Source of the DNA: Cyanophora paradoxa CCMP329
Taxonomy: Eukaryota > Plantae > Glaucophyta
Length of the DNA stretch: 64,000 nucleotides
Assembly: GCA_004431415.1 (NCBI GenBank)
Contig: QPMI01000420.1
Coordinates: 248,001-312,000 of the forward strand
Direction: 5' to 3'
The translations under genes were made by a program, and so were the position numbers. The notes below the pieces were generated by a model. That model saw nothing but the letters and a program-made list of their open reading frames with translations, ran no database searches and had not been told where the DNA came from. Positions 49,201 to 59,219 of this stretch are shown piece after piece; within the stretch, counting starts at the first letter, position 1, and every line of letters begins with the position of its first letter.

Positions 49201-49997
49201 TGCCTAAATATAGAACACAACGCCGAATCTAAGCCGGCTCTGCCGCCTGCGCGCGGGCGCGCAGATCGTGGCGCAGCCGGGCGAGGCGCACGCGCTGCGG
49301 TTCACGGCGGACATCCCCTACCGCCCGGTCACCCTGGAGCTCCCCGTCCGGCTCCGCCCCTGCCTCAAGGGTCCGTAGCGGCCCGCGCTTAATCTTCTTC
49401 GGTCTGAAAACTTGAACTGATCGCGTCGGTCAGGCGAGGTGCAGCTGCCCAACACGCGCGTCTGCATGCGCTGCCCTGCGGGTGCCTTTGTTTGATTTCG
49501 TCCTTTGCTCAACACCTTCGCTGCTCACGTCAGAATCTTACCTTCCATCAACCAGGCACGTTCAGCATCCTGGAGAGCGGCTTCAAGGACCAGGAGTGCC
49601 GCCCCTGCAGCGACGTGCGCCCTTCGAATTTCTCTTTCCTCGAGCGCCAGCCGACCCCGACCGCCCCGCCCCGCCCCGTCCCGCCCCCGCAGGGCGCCGA
49701 GTGCCCGGGCGGCTCCGCCGTGTACCCCTCCCGGGGGTACCAGCGCGCCCCGTACGATTTCACCGTCATGCTGCCCTGCCAGGTTGAATTCGCCCCGCAG
49801 AATAAATTTACACTGAAGCTTTAAGCGATTCCGTTTAAGTTGAGCTCTCGCCGGCAGAACGACGCGTGCCTGGGAGGCCCGGAGGACCGGTGCGCGCCGG
49901 GGCACGAGGGCCCGCTCTGCACCATCTGCGCGGAGGGGCACGGCCGCCGCGACAAGTACGGGTGCGCGAGCTGCCCCGGCCGGGCCCTCAACGCCGT

Positions 49998-50028
<31 letters not shown>

Positions 50029-53000
50029 CCCCTCCTCCTTTTTCCCCCTCTACCCCCCCGGCTGACGAGGGCGCGCGGGCCGGCATCCGCCGTGCGGGGG
50101 CAGGCCCTGCTGGTCCTCACCTGCGTCGTCGCCCTTGTCGTCGTCGCTGGTGCGCTCCCGACGATCTGGATCCCCTTTAGATTTATGATTTGATTTTCTT
50201 CTGGTCGGCAGTGCTTGTGGCGTTCAACCTGCGCTCGCTGCGGCCGAACGCGACGAAGCGGCCCTCGCGCCTCACCACCATCACCAAGATCCTCTTCAGG
50301 TCACCCGGCGCCGCTAGAGCTAGAGCTTTATATATTATCACTAGAGCTCTCGGCCTATCGCTCCTATCTAATCTTCTAATCCCCGAATATATCGGCTCCT
50401 TCGAATTCGCGTCTCGCGGCCATCTATCTTAAGCTATCTTAAGCTTGAATCTCACTAATTATAACCCCTCCCCGGCGCGCAGCTACATCCAGCTGCTCTC
50501 TGTGGCGCGGGACTTCAACCTGCGCTGGCCCTCCGAGCTCCGCGCCGTCTTCCTCGTCCAGACCATCATCGCCTCCCCCGCCGACATGATCGTCTCCGTG
50601 CGTAAAGAGCCCGATCAGACATCGACGTCTCGAGAGGGCGTGAAAAGGGGCGAAATCTCAGTACGGAGAGCTGACGGGCCCGCGTGTCCGCCCGCCCCGG
50701 CCCCTCCCGGCCCCCCGCGCAGTTCGAGTGCTTCATGGAGTCGCGCGTCTCCCGCTCCGCCTTCCTCTCCCGCGTCTTCGGGTGCGCCCGCCGCCCCCGG
50801 CCGGCCGGCCCCGGCCCCGGCCCCGCCGCGTTAGCGTTCACGTCAGGAGAATCGCGGATAATCGCAAAAAGGAAATACTAGTACTACCTAGGCTTCCCGC
50901 TCCTCGTCCAGACTTTCTAGCGCCTCTTCCCGGATCCGGGAGATTTTTTCCGGATCCGTCGTCCCGTCGCTGACGTTGCGGCGGCGGGGGCCGGCGCACG
51001 CGCAGGTACACGCTCCTCCCGCTCATCGCCGTCGCCGCACCCGCCCTCGTCTTCGCCCTCGCCTACGCCTACCACCGGTCCGCAAAGACAAGAGGATTCG
51101 CTCACAGTCGTTCGAGTCCTAGCAGTCGTCAACGAGCCTGCAAATCTTCTCTTGAGCTTCTCTCATTTAAAGCTGGCGCGTTTTGCGCAGGGCGAACCGA
51201 CCTGAGTCCCTCCCGCGCCGCGCCGCGCGCTCCTTCCGTCGCCTCCGGATCCGCGGCGCCGGCGGCCGCGCCCGCGTGGGCCCCGAGGCGGATGCCGGGG
51301 CCGACGATCGCGATGCGCCCTCGCCGGCCCAGCCGGCTCCAGACCCGGAGGATGAGGAGGAGGAGGACGAGGAGGAGGCGGGGGAGGAGCGGGAGGCGCC
51401 GCGCGCGTCGCGATCGGCGTGGACGGCGTCGAACGTTAATTACTCTTCGGACTCGCGGCCGGCCTCGCGCGGCTCTGGGTCCGGTTCCGGCTCCAACTCT
51501 GTGCGGGGCTCCGCCGCCCTCGCCCTCGCCCTCGCCGCCGGCAAGCAGCGCGAGGCCGGGGCGGCGGCGCCGGCGCGGGCGCCGGCCTCGCAATCGGACC
51601 CGCCGCCGGCCCTCGCCTTTGCGTTTCCGGAGCAATTTCCCCTCGAGTTCGACGTGGCGGTGCTCGACGCGTCGACCGCGCGGCCCGCCGTCGTCAGGTG
51701 CGCACGCGCTCGCCTCCGATCCGTCGCGATCGGCGCCCGCCGTGGCGAGGACGGCCTCTGACCGCCGCGGCGCCGCGGCGCCCGCGCCAGCCTCGGCGGC
51801 GACTCGCCCAGTGGCTCGACTCGATCGCGAGGCTCGCGGTCGCGATCGCGGTCCGCGTCGACCCCCGAGGCGCGCGCGCCCGACCCGACCCGCCGAAATC
51901 TCGAAATTCGGGAAGGTCGGCGCCCTCGATCCTCACGCCCAGCGCAGCTCGCCTCGATCCTCTTCGCGCCGTCCTCCGGCGCGGACCTGCCCGCCACCGC
52001 CCCGCCCCTGCCCCTGAACGCCCGCGCGGGCCCCGTTGACGTCCCGCTCCTCGTCTCGCCGCCCTCCTCCTCCCGCTCGCCGCGGCCCTCCTCGCTCGCC
52101 CCCGGCTCGAGCCTCCTCGCGCCCTACAGCAGCGCCGCCGGCTACGATCGCGAGCCGCCCAAGCCCCGGCGCGGCTCGGCGCCCTTCTCCTCCCCCTCCC
52201 TCTCAGAGTCGGCGCTGAGCGGCCGCGGACGGCCGCCGGCGCGGCGCGCGCTCGGGTCGCCCTCCGCCTCCGCCAGCGCCCCGGATGGCGACCTCGGCAT
52301 CGGCCCCGGCCTCGCCGCCACGCTGACTCACGACGCCGACGCCGCCTCCCGCTCCCACCGCAACCTCGAGGTCTTTTTACATATAATGTTTTCTGATTTG
52401 TTTAACGTGTTTGTTTAACGGTCTTTTTATAATTGCGCATCCATCTTCCTTTATCTCTCTGGTTTCTATAGCTAATTATAGTTTAGGACCTGCTCTCGGA
52501 CGAGGGGGAGACGGCGACGGCGGTGGCAGACGCCGCGGGCGATCGCGAGGCCGGCGGGCAGCTGCAGGACGGCGGCCGCGGGGCATACCTATTCGATCTC
52601 TTCGTCCTATCCAGGTCCGATGGATTCACTTAATCGTACAGATGAAAAGCATCGGTTATATCAATTCTAGGACGAAATCGGGTCTTGTTTCGTGTGTTTA
52701 GCGCTCGGGGGACCTCTATACATCTTTATATACTTGTCTTCGATCCCGTTAACGTTCCTCTGACGTGTACGCGCGGTGGCGGGCAGCGTTGTTGGCCTCT
52801 TCCTCGTGCACCCCATCGTCTCCCGGCAGGCCCGCCCCGCCCCGGCCCCTCCCGCTGCGCCCCCCGCTGCGCCCCGCCCGGCCCGGCCCGATCTCGGCGG
52901 CACGCGCAGGTCTTCATGATCTTCGCGTGCACGAACGTCGGGCGGAACTCGCTGCTCGACCAGGACATGTGCGGCGGGGATCAAAGGGATCGCCTAAAGC

Positions 53001-55666
53001 GGCGAGGAGATCTAGAGATAGCGGGGGGCGGTCTAGAGTTGATAAGAACATCTCTAATTTATAAGCCACACCTAAGCCACCTGAGGCTATAGCTATCTCT
53101 CCTCGACCAGGACATCTGCTGCGGCCGCTCGGATCAGAGCTCAAGCCTAGCCTAGCCTAGCCTAGCCTTCCTCGCGATCATCGATTGATAACTAATAGTT
53201 GCGATTGCGTCCCATCCAACCACTCCCGCGCGGGCGCGCAGGCGGGTGGGGTGCTGGGGCGCGGAGCACGCGCTCTGGAGCGCGACGCTGGGCCTCGGCG
53301 GCGTCCTCCTCTTCGTCGTCGGCATCCCCTTCGCCGGCCTCGCCCTCCTGGCCCGCCCCCGCCCCCGGCCCCGGCCCCGGCCCCGCCCCCGATCGCGAGG
53401 GGAGAGGCTAGAAGCTTAAGCTCCGCACTAGCTTTGGAAATGAGGCGCGCAGAGAATTTAAAGAATAAGGGGCGATCGGCGGCTCCGAGCGTCGCGCGCT
53501 GACCGGCCGCCCGCCCGCGCCCGGCGCCGCAGACGGCGAACCGGGGCCGCCTGGCGGAGCGGCGCGTGCTCCTCCGCTACGGCTTCCTCCTCCGCGGCTA
53601 CCGCCGCCGCCGCTTCTTTTGGGAGGCCGTGCGCCCCTCGAATCTATTTACGAACTTCTCTAGAAGCCTTTTGTAATTTATTGGCATCTTGTGCGCGATG
53701 CTTTAATCTATAGTTGTAAGCCCTTTCATTATCGATCCTTCCTGACAGCCGTCGATACACGAATCCGCCTAACGCTTCTCCATAATGCTTTTTGTAATTT
53801 ATATTATCGCGTATGCAGGTGGTGGTGCTGCGGAAGCTGGCCTTCGTCTTCGTGGCCTCCTTCTTCTCGTCGCGCCCCGTCGTCCAGGGCCTCCTCGGCA
53901 CCGGCATCCTCGTCGCCGGTGCGCCCTCCAGCTCTGATTCGAAGCGGGCCGATCCTAGCGCCGCGAAGTCTATATATTAGCGCTTCTCAATTATTACGTT
54001 GAATTTCCCATGTATATTGAAGCCGATTCGTTGCTTCGCTAATATTTATATACGAACATCGCCGGCGCCGCCCGCCGCCGCGCCGCCGCGGCCACCGGCC
54101 CGAGCTCGAAGCGGATCGATCGCCCGCGAAATTGCGAGACGACTATATATCCTCGCTACACGAAGCCTACCAGCGCTTCGCGACCATAACTCTTAATTCA
54201 AATCCGAGGCACTTTAAATTTCCCGATTTATAATTACGAGCATCGCCGGCGCCGATTTCGATCCCGATGCCGATCGAAACGTGCACGTGACGGCGGCCGG
54301 GGCCGGCAGCGCTGATCCTGAACATCGTGATGCGGCCGTACTCGCTCGAGCTCCTGAACGTCCTCGACTCGGCCGCGCTCCTCGCCTCCGCCCTCACGGT
54401 CGGCCCTCGCCCGCCCCCTCACTCGCCCCGCGGCCGCTGACGCCGGGCGCCTGTGCCTGCGCCCGCGGGACAGCTGTACGCGGGGCTCTTCTTTTACTCG
54501 CAGGAGGTCGCCGGCGCCGACTCCGCCGCCGTCACCGTCATCCTCGTGCGCCCGCGACGAATCCGATCGAATCGAGCCAATTAGATACAGAGCTAGCGCT
54601 AGATCTAGAGCTGAACATGAAGTCAGGACCGCGCGCGCGCCTCCCTCTCACCCGCGCGCCCCCGGCCCGTCCGCCCCCGCCCCCGCAGCTGGGCATCAAC
54701 GTGGTCTTCTGCGCCTTCTGGGTCGCCTGCCTCGCCTACGAGCTCCACAAGAAGGCCAAGCAGCAGGTCCGCCCGCGCTCTGCTCTAGATTCAGATCTTT
54801 GCCAAAAACAAATTAAGAGTGAAAAGTGGGCGTTGCGATGAGAAGACGTCTTTCCCGGGGGCTGCCCTTCCCGCCGGGTCACTATGTATCGCCCTGCCGT
54901 GTTTCGAATTCCGGAGTTTTAAGTGGCGCCTCTGGATCTGCGACATCGATATCGCCGCCGCGAATGCGGTTTTCGGATCCTGCGCCGATCGTGCGTGCAC
55001 GTGGCCGGGCGCGGCGCCGGAGCTGAGTTATAAAAGTGGCGCCTCTGTGTCTCCGATGTCGATATCGATATCGCCGCTGCGAATTCGAATGCGGTTTTCG
55101 GATCGGTTTTCGAATGGGTCATGATCATTCGCGGCAGTTCCCGGACGCGCCGGTGCTGCTCTTCGCCGACGCCGTCGGCCGCCGCCTCTCCGCCATCTCG
55201 TGCGCCGCCCTTCTCGTGCAGTGCTGGTGCTATCACTAGTGTAGTTCTCTTTGTCTCTGACGGGGGCCTCGCGATCGCGGCTAGGTACGTGCGGGACTGG
55301 CTGGCGGCGACGGACGACAACGACAACGAGATCGAGGTCAAGGGCGACGCGGGCTCGCCGCCCCCCGCCGCGGCGCCGCCGGCGATCGCGAGCCCCCTGG
55401 GCCTGCCATATGCATCCAAGCCCCGCCCGACGGTGCAGGGCAAGGGCAACGCCGCGAATTCGAAGGCCGCCGCCCACGGCGACGCCGACGCCGGCGCCGC
55501 GGACGCGGACGCGGACGCGCATGGGCACGGGCACGTCGCGGGCGCCGTCGTCGCCGAACTCGACGCGTGCAGCGAGGCCCATCTGCGCGTGCGCGCGCCG
55601 CCGCCGCGGGGCGCCGGCGCCGGCGCTGCTCCGGCGGAGATCGTCGACCTGCGGCTGCAGGCCTAG
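37285..55666 (+). CDS. Very large multi-exon cell-surface receptor-like protein: signal/anchor, 2 CUB-like domains, EGF, Cys-rich motif, pectin-lyase-like beta-helix with dozens of GG(A/G)[ILV] (Pmp-like) repeats, Cys-rich juxtamembrane region, multi-pass TM C-terminus
   Basis: CUB-like PTCAWTFEAPAG...YIDLESPGDSL and CRWVIDV...VFDGDKESAPVLARFSG; EGF CINGQCVNGTCACNANFTGARC; WTCAIDNYGTRDGCDCGCGLHDPDC; LYVSPRGTD...NPFRTIA...VVLPGRY; repeated FxxNxAxxGGA[VL]; CAPGHEGPLCTICAEG; TM region KILFSYIQLL...NLRWPSEL, FMIFAC...DQDMRVGCWGAEH, YGFLLRGYRRRRFFWEAVVVLRKL. TAG at 55664-55666; start approximate. Confidence 0.85.
38474..38885. repeat. C-rich low-complexity tract, probably intronic
   Basis: Runs of C interrupted by T/A between the donor gtgccg (~38466) and the acceptor atcag (~38939). 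Confidence 0.7.
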
Positions 55667-56692
55667 GGTCCTGGCCATATATATGCATGGGGCGTACACG
55701 TACACGCACCTGCCGATCGCGAGGGCCAGGGTCTCCCGAGTCCGCCCAGCGGGGCCGGGCCGAGGGGCCGGGCCATGGCCAACGTGGTCTTCCGCGCCTT
55801 CTGGGTCGCATGCCTGTTGTCGACGAATTCAAACGCCGAGCAGCCTGTTCTCGGCGAATTAACTATTTCTTTGCAATTGTGCAGTACTAGTAGTCTAGTA
55901 CTAGTACTAGTACTAGTCTCGTTAGCCAGCACGTGCACCGACATACAGCATACGGCTTCTAAATGCATTCATGCTAGTACTAGTATTGCTTTACGTCTTC
56001 AAATCGTGTCTTGTCGTATGCCTAATGCGCGGAGTCAAATTTTGCTGTGCTGTCTAGCCCCGCCCAGAGAGCTTTTGCTCCCCCATGGCCATTCCCCCAG
56101 GAACTCTTTTGCTGTACATGCGTGAGTCTCACTCTAGATGTGAAATTTGCCAGGCTTGCCAGAGTATATGCATAAGTACCTGTGAGAGCGATATCAGTCG
56201 CTATCAGTCTCCGGCTGATAATAGCCTGATTTTATGTCGAGTCATTGTGCCACGGTGTCGACACTGACTCGACAGTATAACTCGACACTGATCATGATTC
56301 GAATTCGGCGTTGACGACACCATGACGACAGGCATCGAGTCGGACACTCAGGAGCTCGAGTGGACACTGGACAGCAGTGTCACAGCACTAGTGTCTAATT
56401 TCAACAACCCAGCACAAAAGCAAGAATTAAATAGGATTAATGGGAGAGTCTGGGGTCTAGATGTAGACCTACCCGTACTAGGCTAGCCTAATAGCTATAG
56501 CAATAGATTTGGATTCTTGGAGATTCGAATTCTAGCTATATATAGATCTGGAGATCTAGACTGGCATCTGGACTGCCGCAGCTAGGGTTGACGCTTCACA
56601 CGAAGTTTCGCACTGGCATGTATACGTACATATGCATGTACATATGCACGTGTGGTTATAATTATATATGTGGGCCTTTGTGAAGCGTTGAG
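52967..56692 (+). repeat. First copy of a >=3.7-kb direct duplication (receptor 3' exons plus flank)
   Basis: Matches 60277-64000 at offset 7307-7310; the only differences seen are 1-nt indels in G/C runs. Confidence 0.97.
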
Positions 56693-56912
56693 CTCTCGAG
56701 CTTGCCCCTTCGCTGTCAATGCATTGTTAACCCTCGGAGGTTGCATGAGTCACGCGTCGCGGAGGTTTGGGTGTTATATTGCGATCAGGTACACGCTGCA
56801 CTAACAGGGGGGCTAGCACTAACCGACGCGGGAGTAACAGCCGGTGTACCCCTCGGGGGCCTCCCGGCCTCTAACGATGCTCAGGCTCTAACTGAATGCT
56901 GTACCCCCGCTG

Positions 56913-57650
56913 TTACTGCCCGAACCTTCCGAACTTGCGTAATTCGGCCTCGCCCTGTACCCAGTGGCTGGTGTCGTCCATCCATTCGCGTACCTCCCTC
57001 TGACGCTTGAGTGACTCACGCTGCTCGGGGTAGGGGAGGGGGGCCTTCGAGGCGGGGTGGGGAAGGGGGTACGGTGGCAAAATTCAGCCACTCGGGGGTA
57101 TGCCGAATTCGCCGTGAACGATCCTCTGCGGTGTGAAATACCGGTCGCTGCTCACGGCCAAGTGGAAGAACGCGCTCCTGAGCCCGGAGAGGAAGCGTGG
57201 TTGCATGAATGGCTGCTGGAGGGACTCGTCGCGCCAGGGGGCTACGAAATCAATGATACGCTGCTGTACCTGCGCGGGCAGGGCAAGGATCTGGCTCTTG
57301 CGGTTCGCAAAGGCCGTCCACAGCGCTTGCAGGTCGGCCCAATCGCCGTTCAGATCCCTGCGTTCGCGCCTCAGGTACGATCTCGGGTTCTCTGTCATAC
57401 CCATCAAGCCCGCGGCCCTGATCATCTCCCTGTCCGGGAGCTCTCGCTCGTCGTGGAATTCGTCTCTAATCCAGCGCACAAGGTAGAGCACGCGCTCCAT
57501 GAAGTTCTCCGCCGGCGAGCCGCCCCCTGAGGACGTGCGCCTCCCCTCCAGCACTGCGTTCGCATCCTCCAAGTCCACGTTCCGCTGTCGAATCTCCCCG
57601 TCCAGGTCGCCGTTGTTGTACAGCACGTCGGACTCGCGTGTTCGCGCCAT
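56913..57650 (-). CDS. Orphan protein A (paralogue of B): 188-aa ORF plus in-frame 56-aa tail after a TGA
   Basis: ATG 57650; TGA 57084-57086; the frame stays open (ILPPYPLPHPASKAPLPYPEQRESLKRQREVREWMDDTSHWVQGEAELRKFGRFGQ) to TAA 56913-56915. Confidence 0.65.
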
Positions 57651-57684
57651 GCTCGCGGCTCGGTGAGAATTTATACCTGTACCC

Positions 57685-58380
57685 CTACTCGCGGTCGGGG
57701 TACCTGTCGCCGGGCATCAGCCTCGCGCGCTTCCGCATCTCCGCCTCCCGGGTAGCCAGTTCTTCGGGTCGTTGCTCCACTCCTCCCATTCGCGTATGTC
57801 CCGTCTGACGTCACGCGGGGCGGGGGCGTTTATCGGTGGGGCGGGCGGGGCTGGCAGGGCCTGGCGCGGGGGTTGAGGCCCCTGTTCCACGAGTACTCGG
57901 GTACTCTTCCCATCCCAGGGGTACCAGATTCATCGGAATTGGCTCAACTTCGAATTGGGGCTTTTTGACGTGATAATCATAGTTTGTGACATACGCCGTC
58001 ACAGCCGAGCGCAAGCGCGAGAGGTCGCGCAAATTTACGTCGTCCCATTGCGAGTCCCTTGCCTTCGCGTACCACTCGAGGATTTGCATGCGAATGTGGT
58101 CCGGGAGGGTCGAGAGTATGCTGAGCTTGGAGCCCAGGGCGAACCAGATGCGCTTGAACTCGTCGATAATCCTGCCCTCGTCGTGGCTCCGAACGTAAAG
58201 GGCCCCGCCAGAGTTGTAATGCGTGTCTAGCCACCCTGCCCGGGCCAGCTCTAGCACCGGCCAGGGTTGGCGCTGTCGATTCGGTCGCGAGGCCTGCTCT
58301 ACCACCCAGCGTCTAAGGTCCTTGACCTGATCTATGAACTGTGCGATCACGTCCCTGGGCGCTTCCTCTGCATCCGACAT
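57685..58380 (-). CDS. Orphan protein B (paralogue of A): 189-aa ORF plus tail after a TGA
   Basis: ATG 58380 (MSDAEEAPR); TGA 57811-57813; the frame continues to ...EAEMRKRARLMPGDRYPDRE TAG 57685-57687. Confidence 0.65.
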
Positions 58381-58430
58381 TTGCAATTGCACACATCAAG
58401 AAATTCTAAACGCTACTGCGAGGCTACGCT

Positions 58431-59085
58431 ATGCATACCGATACAAATTGCGAGACTTTGCAACAGGGAGCGCAGCGTGGCACGCGGCGCGCCGTGAAAA
58501 ACTAACTGCATCTAATTTTGCGGCTGCGTGCGGCATAAACCCCTGGAAATCCAGGGCCGCCTGTGGGCGGAGCTAAGCGGGATAGCGGAGGAAAACAACT
58601 TTGACAACCCTGCCCTAACCTATGGGCATGACTATGAGCCCCTCGCGGTCTCTCTCTACAAAACGTCGAACAACAACGTGGACGTGCAACATACTGGATT
58701 GCACGAACATAAGGAACTGCCCTTCCTGGCGGGCAGCCCGGACGGGCTGATTGGAAGCGATCGTATACTTGAAATAAAATGCCCCTACAAACAAGAACTC
58801 TACGAAAAGGTCCCAACTTATTACATGCCCCAGCTCCAGGGCCTGCTGGACATAACGGGCCGCGAGTGGGCCGAACTTTTTTGCTTCACTCCTCTGCGCG
58901 TGCAAACGTGGTACGTCAGACGGGACGAGAGGTACATCAAGCTCATGAGGAAGTGCTTACATCTATTTTGGATGCACGTCAAGGAGGGCACGCCGCCCGA
59001 GCCCTACAGCGATCGAATGAAGTCAGAGAACCTCAGCGAGGAGCAGGCGGCGCTGCGCGAGTTTAAGTCGTACGCCCTCCTCTAG
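58431..59085 (+). CDS. YqaJ-like viral recombinase / lambda-exonuclease family nuclease with two apparent single-base frameshifts
   Basis: MHTDTNCETLQQG/SAAWHAARREKLTASNFAAACGINPWKSRA/LWAELSG...ALTYGHDYEPLA...HKELPFLAGSPDGLIGSDRILEIKCPY...YYMPQLQGLLDITGREWAELFCFTP. Motifs W...R...TAS, G...E, SPDG, EIKCP and Y..Q.Q are all present. Shifts at ~58468 (GGG) and ~58561 (CC). Confidence 0.92.
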
Positions 59086-59134
59086 TGTCCGGACCTTTCC
59101 AATACTCTATATGATTATTGGAGGGTCCGGACAC
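59085..59134 (+). terminator. Hairpin directly after the YqaJ stop (candidate 3'-end/polyadenylation signal)
   Basis: GTGTCCGGACCTTTCCAATA-ctctatatgat-TATTGGAGGGTCCGGACAC: ~19-bp stem with an AT-rich loop. Confidence 0.7.
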
Positions 59135-59154
59135 GTCTCTTGGTCAGACTACTT

Positions 59155-59206
59155 CTGTCCCAGGTCTTTGGAATCTTAATATAAATTTTCCCGGGACCCG
59201 GGACAG
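59155..59206 (-). terminator. Second hairpin, downstream of the convergent minus-strand ORF
   Basis: CTGTCCCAGGTC...GGAA-tcttaatataaatt-TTCC...GACCCGGGACAG. Confidence 0.6.
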
Positions 59207-59219
59207 GGCTTGGTCGGAC

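Noticed and set aside
55882-55920. AGTAGT/(CTAGTA)n as a Polinton terminus
   Set aside because: CTAG/AGT palindromic runs are common between genes in this window, and no partner TIR or TSD is visible.
57045-57091. Intron removing the TGA in orphan A (GTGGCT...CGAAG)
   Set aside because: It is 47 nt with mismatched phases, so it would not restore the frame of the conserved tail.
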